Shown: positions 51,341-60,800 of the stretch, piece after piece
Layout: every line of letters starts with the position of its first letter
Position numbering within the stretch: position 1 is the stretch's first letter
The notes under the pieces: generated by a model
Databases searched by the model: none
What the model was told of the DNA's origin: nothing
Seen by the model: the letters and a program-made list of their open reading frames with translations, nothing else
Position numbers and translations under genes: made by a program
Assembly: GCA_016649735.1 (NCBI GenBank)
Contig: JAENXA010000001.1
Span: 2,664-66,663 of the forward strand
Length of the DNA stretch: 64,000 bases
Reading direction: 5' to 3'
From: Prolixibacteraceae bacterium
GTDB taxonomy: Bacteria > Bacteroidota > Bacteroidia > Bacteroidales > Prolixibacteraceae

Positions 51341-53305
51341 TTAAAATGGTAAATCGTTTAGTTCGTCCTTGCCGTTGTCAAATACTTCGTCCTGTTGTGC
51401 TTTTGGAGGGTTCAATGCGCCTTTAATTGGTTCCGGTGGTTTCTTCTTGTCCTCTGTCACGTAAAACCTTCCTCCTTTGGCAAAATCCATCCGCATCTTA
51501 ATCTTTCCAAGTTTTCCCGTCTCTTCAAACCGAATCTTCTCCGTGACAATGATATTTGGAGCTTCGGTATCAATCATTATCTTATCATCATCGGTGGCAT
51601 CATCAGGTATATCCTCGGGTTTCTTTTTTTTATTCATGTACCGGTGGATAATTATGCCAACATCCGGTTTTTCCTTCCATGCCGAACTACCCTTAATGTC
51701 ATACAGACACGGCATCCGGTAGTTAATGCCTACTTTCTCGATCTTTGTAGGGTGTGCAATAAGTATGCAATGAACATCATAAACATCGCAGAAATTAATC
51801 AGATAATCGAGTTGTTTACTGATGAATGTCGTCTCAGTCTGGTTTCGGGGTTGTTCATGCTCGATCTTATTCCACGCATCAATTACAAATCCGAATATAT
51901 TCTCTGTCTTTTTAAGATAGACAAGATACTGTAACAACGATTCCATGCTATTGACGTGATCTGAATCAACCTTTCCTAACCATGTTTCAAAATTCAATTT
52001 ATTCGGTGCAATAAAAAAGAATTTCTTCTGGATATATCTTAATGTCTTTGCCCTTAACTCTTCCGTCATTGAGTTGCGATAACCCCTCTTAAACGACTGC
52101 CCTGTTATAACTTCTGCTACTTTTGCCTGCTCTCTTGATACGGGACGATTCTCAGGTGTGAACAATGCCCATTTGACATCTTCTTTGTCATTATGTCGTA
52201 CAAACTCAGATAGATACCAACGAACCCAAACGCTTTTCCCGCTGCTCGGTAATCCCGTAACCACCGTGAATTGTTTTCTTTTAAGTGTGAATAACTCATC
52301 TATTGCCGGAATGCCTATCCCGAGTCCCGGAGTGAATCCATCAGCAGCAATCATCTCCAATTCGTCCCTGACATCCTGTGGCCTTACTATTCCTTTTACC
52401 GGAAATGATGATAGGTTCTGATAACACTCGTCAACACCTGCTTTGCCAAGTGCCGGAAGAATAACATCAGACTTGTTATTGCCCTTAAACACATCATTCA
52501 CGTCTTTATAGCCAACCGGATATTGGATGTACTTACACCTCTCCTTACCAAAGATAAGTGCTAATTGGTTACGCAGGACGTGTCCGGGCTTATCATTATC
52601 CGTGCTGAATATGATCGACTCAACTCCGGCAAAGAAGCTCTGTACATATTTATCATTGGCATAGTCAAACTCATGTTCAAACTCTTTAGCATTGGGATTT
52701 GGTGCTCCCATTGGCACGCTTACCACGTTCTTATAACCACACTGCTTCCATGTTAGCCAATCCCATTCTCCTTCGGTTATTATGACCTCTTTCTTTTCTC
52801 CTTCATCAAAGGATAGGTTCTGCATGCCAAGGAATATTGACTTTGTTCCCAGTTCTCTTTTCATTTGGAACCACTTTGGAGAGTCATCACCCGGCTTCCA
52901 TCTCACATTGAAGTATTTTACATTGACAAGCGTAAGATTGATGTAGAACGGGAATCCCATGATAGGCTTACCACCCATGGAGTATTCGTAGATGAGTTCT
53001 TTCTGTGCGACTTTCATGTCAATGCCTCTTTTCTCCAAATACTCTCTGACTTCTTTGGAGTATGTCTCAGCAACCTGCTTTGGCATGCGTGACTTCTCTG
53101 CCACTTTGGCGAATTTCTCCATACTACCAAGGTTTCCTTTCCACCCACAATGCGAACAATTCCACCATTGATTATCAGGCTCGTCATTAACGGTAAGGCA
53201 TGGCACGTTCTTATGCTTTTGTCTTGTGTCGTTGCATTCAGGGCAGATAGTTGAGTATCTTACCTTGCCTGGTTTTGTTGATATCCGTAGCTCTTCAAAG
53301 GTCAT
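51341..53305 (-). CDS. bifunctional primase-helicase (T7 gp4-like: zinc finger, Toprim, DnaB/RecA-type NTPase)
   Basis: CPECND...CSHCGW zinc motif. Toprim ITEGEWDW and STDNDKPG. Walker A VVTGLPSSGKS, Walker B GFVIDAWN, and ILIAHPTK. Confidence 0.8.
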   Translation of the reverse strand: MTFEELRISTKPGKVRYSTICPECNDTRQKHKNVPCLTVNDEPDNQWWNCSHCGWKGNLGSMEKFAKVAEKSRMPKQVAETYSKEVREYLEKRGIDMKVAQKELIYEYSMGGKPIMGFPFYINLTLVNVKYFNVRWKPGDDSPKWFQMKRELGTKSIFLGMQNLSFDEGEKKEVIITEGEWDWLTWKQCGYKNVVSVPMGAPNPNAKEFEHEFDYANDKYVQSFFAGVESIIFSTDNDKPGHVLRNQLALIFGKERCKYIQYPVGYKDVNDVFKGNNKSDVILPALGKAGVDECYQNLSSFPVKGIVRPQDVRDELEMIAADGFTPGLGIGIPAIDELFTLKRKQFTVVTGLPSSGKSVWVRWYLSEFVRHNDKEDVKWALFTPENRPVSREQAKVAEVITGQSFKRGYRNSMTEELRAKTLRYIQKKFFFIAPNKLNFETWLGKVDSDHVNSMESLLQYLVYLKKTENIFGFVIDAWNKIEHEQPRNQTETTFISKQLDYLINFCDVYDVHCILIAHPTKIEKVGINYRMPCLYDIKGSSAWKEKPDVGIIIHRYMNKKKKPEDIPDDATDDDKIMIDTEAPNIIVTEKIRFEETGKLGKIKMRMDFAKGGRFYVTEDKKKPPEPIKGALNPPKAQQDEVFDNGKDELNDLPF

Positions 53306-53308
53306 TTA

Positions 53309-53677
53309 TTATCTTGGTATATGTGTTGGTTCTCCCATTCCTGCTCTCTCAGAGAAAGCATGAAATATAATAATAGCAGGTCCCGTATATTCAGAATATT
53401 TCCACATAGCACGATTTGACGAAACTTTACACTTGCCTTCCTGTGGTGGCGTTGTGATGATGTAAACAACACCCTCTTCACACAAGGGGAAAAGTATACC
53501 GTCATTCATAACCAATGCTTTTCCCGCATCATGCTCTATCTCTGCGGTCACAAATGCCCTTCTTGGAGGAATAGGAATATTAAACAACTTGCAAATTTTA
53601 CGCTTCTTCTTTGAAAGTTTTTTCTCTAATGTGGTTTCTATTGTTGTCCACTTAGTGATATTAAATTCAGTTTTCAT
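53309..53677 (-). CDS. hypothetical protein
   Basis: 122-aa ATG ORF. Confidence 0.45.
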   Translation of the reverse strand: MKTEFNITKWTTIETTLEKKLSKKKRKICKLFNIPIPPRRAFVTAEIEHDAGKALVMNDGILFPLCEEGVVYIITTPPQEGKCKVSSNRAMWKYSEYTGPAIIIFHAFSERAGMGEPTHIPR

Positions 53678-54321
53678 ACCTTAATATATTTTTCCGATTT
53701 TTCGTTTCTGACTATAAACTTTGGGCCCTCCCCTTTCAGGTCAGTATAGGGATAAGCAACATCTAATTCTGGACATAATATTTTACCTTTAGAATATACG
53801 GGTCTTGTTTTATTAGTAATAGTACTAATTGCAAGATTTGTTAACGAAGAAAACTGTCCGATAGTGAAGATGTTATACCAAAGCATGTCCTCTACCAGTT
53901 TTCTGGGCAGATTAGTTCTCTTTTCAATCATAGAGATTACTAAGTCATCGGTATCTACATGTAAACAAAGGAATCCCACATCTTTTTTAAGAGGACTTTT
54001 GAGTTCGGGACTATTGAAGTAAATTACCGATGCTATATTATATGTAGGTTTTAATTTTGCTACCCAGAAAGATTCTCTCTCATACAACGAAAACCGATCT
54101 TCAATAAATTCTATTATTTCAAACGCAAATGACTGTTCTCCGAATAATTTAAAATCTTTCTTTAACCTACTATTATAATGGGTATTGGTGCGTAACATAT
54201 TTAAGTGAGCATATTTTCTCGTAAAATAATTCCGAGTACTCCCAACATAAGTATTGCCACTTTTGTTATTTGAAATTCCATAAACAACTGACCCCTTATA
54301 ATTTTCAAATAATGATTCCAT
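53674..54321 (-). CDS. GIY-YIG homing endonuclease
   Basis: N-terminal VVYGISNNKSGNTYVGSTRNYFTRKYAHLN...FEIIE (GIY...YVG..R...E). Its C-terminal DNA-binding-like module is shared with the next ORF. Confidence 0.7.
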   Translation of the reverse strand: MESLFENYKGSVVYGISNNKSGNTYVGSTRNYFTRKYAHLNMLRTNTHYNSRLKKDFKLFGEQSFAFEIIEFIEDRFSLYERESFWVAKLKPTYNIASVIYFNSPELKSPLKKDVGFLCLHVDTDDLVISMIEKRTNLPRKLVEDMLWYNIFTIGQFSSLTNLAISTITNKTRPVYSKGKILCPELDVAYPYTDLKGEGPKFIVRNEKSEKYIKV

Positions 54322-54680
54322 TAATATTTGATATAAGATTCTGACTTTTCGTTACGAACAATGAATTTAGGCCCTTTCCCCCCTGAGTTTGGACAGGGGA
54401 AACAATAGTTTAACCTTGAAGTGAGCTTTTCCTGCCCCACTGAATAAACGGGTCTGGCTAAATTATTAGCAGAGGATACTTTTAATCCCGAAATATCACA
54501 GAACTGATCAATAGTCCATACGTTGTAACGCATAAGAACTCTAACCTGAGACTCATTAAGATAAGGATTACGTAGTTCCTTTGTTTCTTCAGAAAGTCTC
54601 TTAAATAGTTTCTTAATGAGTTCTGGGTCTGTCTTGACCAACCCTAACTCAATATTCAATAAACCACATTCTTCTTCCAT
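54321..54680 (-). CDS. orphan copy of the GIY-YIG endonuclease C-terminal module
   Basis: YNVWTIDQFCDISGLKVSSANNLARPVYS...GGKGPKFIVRNEKSESYIKY parallels YNIFTIGQFSSLTNLAISTITNKTRPVYS...GEGPKFIVRNEKSEKYIKV. No nuclease motif. Confidence 0.55.
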   Translation of the reverse strand: MEEECGLLNIELGLVKTDPELIKKLFKRLSEETKELRNPYLNESQVRVLMRYNVWTIDQFCDISGLKVSSANNLARPVYSVGQEKLTSRLNYCFPCPNSGGKGPKFIVRNEKSESYIKY

Positions 54681-54701
54681 AGTATATAAAATTTAATATC
54701 A

Positions 54702-54709
54702 CAAAATTA
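54702..54709 (-). promoter_or_regulatory. candidate -7 box (TAATTTTG)
   Basis: Plus-strand CAAAATTA lies 22-29 nt upstream of ATG 54680, in an AT-rich spacer right after the terminator. Confidence 0.3.
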
Positions 54710-54761
54710 TATTATATTTTTAAACTACGCAAATATTTTTAAATAAATTATTCGTTTTATT

Positions 54762-54794
54762 GCAAAATAAAAGGGACACCATGATGATGTCCCG
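54762..54794 (-). terminator. intrinsic terminator after the giant ORF
   Basis: GGGACA (54773-54778) / TGTCCC (54788-54793). On the minus strand it is followed by TTTTATTTTG. Confidence 0.7.
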
Positions 54795-54828
54795 ATTAAA
54801 TGCGCAGATGATACGTTTCTACTTTTTA

Positions 54829-57800
54829 CTATCTGATTGACCCATTTGCTATGTCACGAGCTGTACTCGCAGCATCGGCAGCCATCTCCTGTAGTGTTGT
54901 TGTCTTTTCAGGCGTTGGGCGTGTCGTGGATTCGATGATGTTGGTTATCCTTCTTTTAGCATCATCCATCTCCTCCTGAGTGGTGAGTCCCATCTGATTT
55001 AGATTTCTCACATACTCTGACCAGTAAATATTGGAATAAGTCTTTCTCTCTTGCTCGGATAGTTGTCTCCCTTGCCAGTATGCGGGTATTATAGGCTTAT
55101 TTAACAGGTCATTCTTTTTAAGGATAGAATACTCCGATGGATACTTCTTCTGCAGGTCAATGTCATTAAGAACGTTAAATCTCTGGTTTATCCCCGACTG
55201 CATATTCTGATAGTTCTCTTGTATGGATGGGTCCTGTGGGTACCATTTGGAATATACCCCTGTAAGCCTTTCGAGTTCTTTCATTACCGGTACCTGCTCG
55301 TCCATAGATTTCTGTAGTTGTCCTGATCGCTTCTTATCTGCTACTTCATAGGCACGTGCCATAGCATCTACGGATAACCCTTTTTCTTCGGCATTTTTTA
55401 TTGTTTTGAGGAAATCAGAATTTGCATCTCCCATCCTTTGTGCCAGGGCGGTGTATCTGTTTGTCAGATAATCAATATTTCGTTCTACATATACCTTTAA
55501 TTCGGGTTTGTCGAACTCTTGAATCTTTATGACATTATTAAGTATGGTCTGTTTCCAATCCCTTTTCCTGCCATAATAGTCCAGATTACCCCTGATGCCA
55601 GCATACATGTCCTGTGCGCCCTTAAAGAATGGTACCTGACTCCTTGCTATGTAAGTCATAACATTGAGTATCCTCTCATCAGTGGTGATATTGGCATTAT
55701 GATAGACAGATGCGTTGGGGTTCTGAATAGATATCCCTCTGTAATCTCTGTCAAAAACTACTGCGCCAATCCATCCCCATGTAGCATCAGCAAAAGCCGG
55801 AAGATTAGCAGTCTCTCCTAATATCGGTCTGTTGACCTTTGATAGCTGAATTGGAAGGAACTTACTTATTTCAGATAGTTGCGCCCCTGCATCAGCATAG
55901 TTGTAATTATACAGAGGTGACAGGTATCTTGCAACATTTACTTCTGACTTGCCCACTTTAAAACTCAATGGGATATTGACTATCGGTATCTTGGCTACCC
56001 CTTTTCTCCCTTCACGTACCTTCCTTTCTTCTTCTGTTTCTCCAGATAAGGTACTTGCAAGTATTCCTCCCATCTTAATGAGCATAAGCGTGCCTATTAA
56101 AGTAAGGGGTGTCGTGGTGATGTTATTAACAAGTATCCTCTGCAGGTCTGCTTGGAACTTTGCGAATGTTGGCCCTACCAATGGTATTTTTGACGTTAAG
56201 TCCCATGTCTTACCAACAGTGGAATAGTTCTGGAACGCATCATAAGCCCTTCTGACAGAAGCCTCGTGACTCATACCCTGCTCTCTGAAAGCCAAGTATG
56301 CGGAAATCTTTGCAATGTTATCAGCTCCTACGTATGATTTTGTAGCAATTTCATCTGCCTTACTGAGCACGCCTCCCTCTTTGCTTTTAATTGCGGAGAT
56401 AGGTTTTAATTCTCCGGTAAATGCTACGTCCCCTATCAGTCCGGTTTTGAGTAGTGCTTTATATGCTTCGGGATTCTTACGAGATAAATTTATTGCTTCA
56501 TAGGCATTACCTAAGAATGAAATAGGGTTGATACCATTTGCCGATGCAAAGAATATGTTTCCGGTGACGTTACCAAGTTGCACCATAGGATTATAAACAG
56601 TCCTGAGTTTCTTATAAAACTGATTAACATTCGATCTGTCCACTTTCTTAAAGGAATTGTAAAGATCATTAGCGACTGCATTGGAATAATAGAATCCGGT
56701 GAAGTCCTCAACGACATGATTTATCACAGCCTTGTTCCTGAACTGTCCCCAACTATATGACGAACCGAGTCGGGTATATCCCTTTGGAGTAGATTCTCCT
56801 TTTTTAAGAGGAAGTACAAAATCTGGATGTTCTTGAATGATTAAGCTCTGGTAATCATTTATAGCCACGTTCTGTATCGTCTGCATAACTCTTTTACCAG
56901 TCAGATAAGTCGGGTCCCTGATGGCATGCTCCTTCTTCCATTCCGTTGTCTCCTCACGTGCCTTAAACATATCTGTCATCATCTTAGTAGTGATGGCACT
57001 GTTTCCTCTATTGATAAACTCCTGAATAGCAGGATCAAGCAATGTCTCCCCTTCATACTTATCGTACATACGGGCAATATATTTTGAATCACCGGTGACA
57101 TCTTTATTTTTCAAGTATGTCTCGGTGTCCAACATGCCAATAGCATAGTTTGTCTCATGTACCCATGTATTCCAATCCCTCATCTTAAAATAGAGATTCT
57201 TTTCAGCAAGTGATAAGTCACCATAACTCAGTTTTTCTATTGCAAAATCGGGATCGGGGTCAAGAACATCCAATACCCTGCGCAACTGTTCTGGATCAGA
57301 ATGAACCATCTCCAGCCACTTACCCCTTAGTTCTTTCGCTTCATAAGGTGCAAAGGACTTAACGGTACCCGTAAATGCAAGTTTTCCTGGCTTACCTCCT
57401 TTGCCATGTATATCGGCTTGCGTGCGTCCAAGACCTCCCCAGAAGTTAGTAATGGACTTGCTTGGCCATCTCAGTAAGTCCATCTGAGACTTCATGCCTT
57501 TATGTAATGTATTTGCAATGGTATTAGCCACGGCATCCCTTACTTTTACTAACTGTTTGTACAGTATGGTGTTCATCAAAGGAATTGGATCCGGTGGCAG
57601 AAATCTTATTGCTACCTTTCCTTCTTCTCCTTTTTTCTTACCAAGTTCATTAAGCATCCTGTCTTCTGACTCTTTTGTGGAGTTGCCCATCTTCTTATCC
57701 ATGTTGACAGAGTTATCCTGTGCGGTCTTTCTCAGATTTTCTTCAAAATTACCTACATCTTCACGTAACTTCTTGGATTCTTCAAAGGTGATATCGCCCT

Positions 57801-60800
57801 TGTCAATAGCATCCATTACCTGATCTACATTGGTATATGTCTTGTCTTTGAACTTGATTCCTTGTGTAGGTGTTTCTTCAACAGAGGGCTCTGAGGGCTC
57901 TGATGGTCTGGCTTTTTTCACTACCCCAACTATGTCAGATTTTTCTACAGGGAACTGTCCTACTTTTCTGTTGGTGACGATAGCCTTGCCTTTATCCCAT
58001 CCTCTGAATGACATATCCTGTGTCGTTCCGTCTTTTAACTTAACTGATACTATGTCGTCAGGGAATAAATCATTCAATTCCTTATCCGTTATCTTGGGTG
58101 TTTCTTTTACAGGTGTCTCTATTTTGGCTTCGGGATTCAACTCAAAATAACTCTGGGCATATTCCAATTCCTTTTCAAGTTTTATAATATTATCTTTTAT
58201 TTTTTGCGAAGGGTTCTTTTCGTATGCCTCAATTTGGCGTTGATAATTATCTGCTTTTGCCTGCCTTGATTGTAATTCAGCAATTTTACCTCCGACCCCT
58301 GCAATGAGTTTTCCTTGCGGTGTATTTTTGAGTTCTTCAATACTCGGTTTCACTTCTTTCGCATAATACCTATCCTTCAGAAGTTTCTCCGCACTCTTTT
58401 CAATCTGTCCTCTGCCATCCATTAGCTTTGTGCCGGACATATCCATGAACTTATAAGTGCCTTTCTTGGTGTTCACAACGACTTTTACTACGGGTTTGCC
58501 GTCTTTGTTCTGCAACCAAAAGCCTTCTGGATTCTTTACTGCACTCCATCCGTATTTTGATACTGCATCATTTAACTCTGTGCCTTTAGTGGATTTCCCT
58601 GCGGTAATAGGTTTCGCTTCACCTTCTGCAATAACTGGTTTCTTACCTGTCTCTGTGCTTCCTGATAACTGATTTTCTTCTCCTTTGATAATTGGAGGAT
58701 TTGGTTCGTTAATTGGTTTTTCATTCTGTTTGGGTTTTATTTCTTCTGATCCTTGGACTTTCTTTCCTCCATTTTCTCCCGGAGGAGCCTCAATTCTTCC
58801 AGGTACGATGTCCCCTTCGCCTTTGACTTCAGCAACAGGAGGCTGTGCAGCCCTTTGGCTAAATTCGATTTGTTCTCCATGGCTTGATAATATTTCGTTT
58901 AATTTTTTAATTTGTTCTGGCTTTAAATCAAATAACCAGTTGTTTACAAAAAACTCAGGATCGGTTTTTATTTTCTCCTTTATATAGTTCCAATCAAATT
59001 CACCACTTCCTAATTCTGTCTGAAAGGCTTTTATAGCATCTTCTATATCCTTATCTCCCTCTGCTTCCTTTATGAGATCAGTAAATTCTCCGGTGCTTTT
59101 AACAATCTCTATGTCATTATCCAAGTCTATTTTTGCTCTCTCTTCGGGACTGAGAATTTCTTTATCCTGCCAATCAACCTCTTTATGCCTCTCTTTGAAC
59201 TTTGCTATTATAGAACCCCTATTGATCTTTCCCTTCACGTCTTTAAGCGCATCAATGGCATTAAGAATCTCATCTGGGGTTATTTCCTCCATGTTTTTTC
59301 TACCAAATTCACTCGCCAGACTCTCGTGCAATACATCAAAAGACACCCCTTTCTCTTTATTGAGAAAGAAACTCAATCCTGCATCCCTGATATCATTATT
59401 GCCATAATTTGAGAACCTTAAAAAATCTGCCCTACTTAATGTTTTGCCACTGAGTAAAAATTGAGCAATATGGTCAGTAAGGTCGCTTGGCGTCGTATTA
59501 AGAATTTTCCCCGACTCGCTATCTGGAGATATGTTGGCTGATTTCTTTGGCTTACTTGCCTTATCAAGTGCCGCCTGCGCTCTTGCTACTTCTGCCTGTT
59601 GCTTTTTTGTAAGTTTTTTAGGTTCAGGTTTAACCTCTACTTTTGGCTTAATAAATACATCACCCTTATCATTCGTGGTGACATCATATATCTTACCAAA
59701 TTTTTCAAAGAGATGAGGCACTGCGGTCTTATTAGTTATAGTTGGTTCGGGAAAATACAACCCCTCGTGCCCTTCTGGTAAATTCTCCATGGCATACTTT
59801 ATGACGTTCTGTCCTATGCCTTTACCTTCACTTTCTTTCCCCGTGGCGAGACTACCGCCTTCCCAATACTGCGCTCCCTCTACATCAACGGATTTGAGAT
59901 TGAACCTACTCGCTACCACTCCTTCTTCATTGGTGATCTTTATTCTATCTCCACTCCTTGTCTTTTCAATGGAGGGAGTCATTCCTTCTGGAAATTCAGA
60001 TGTGGACTTTACTTCTTTTGGTGCGGTCTCTGACTTCTTGGCTTCTTCTGCTTTCTTAGCCACTGCTTCCTCTCCAAACTTATCTTCCAAGGCTTTTTCA
60101 ACTGTGGCATCATTCTGAATCTTTAATCCTTCAAGATCACCTACGTTTTCAGCCTGTTTAATGAGATTTAAGGCTTCGTCTTTTTCAATGGAATTACCTG
60201 CCATCTCATACTTAGGTTGTGCGCCAAGCGGTCTATTGATAGTTTTTGATGCTAATTTCTCCTGTTCCTTAATCTGTTCTTCAATGATAGTTACCTTCTC
60301 ATTGCGTACATTCTCATCAGGATAAAGGGTCTCTGCCTCCTGAATGCTTAGTTTAAGTTCAGCTATCTTATCGTAAATAGGCATTGCTTCATCAATACGT
60401 GGGTCTGCAAAATTCACGGTTTTCCTTATCTTCTCTGTCCATTTTGCTTTCTCAGTATCACTTAACCTCGTGTCTTTCTTTATCTCATTCAGGAATGCAG
60501 TAGGATTCTCTATGATAGACTGAGTAACGGCATTGACATTTATCATGTTGTCAATAATAGTTTTTTCTTCGAGAATTTCATGTTTAGTTCTGAGTCCTGT
60601 GGTTTCTACCTTTCCCGCATCAGGCTTGCCTTCTGTTAAATTTTGCTCATAATCTTTTATTCGTTGATATACAATATCTTCTATGGGTTTAAATGCTTTA
60701 TTCGCTTTATTCCCATGTCTTAAGACTTTATACATATCCTCTATAAGTCCACGTGGTTTTACTTCGTTTGATATTACGTCTATATCCGCATCCTGACCAA

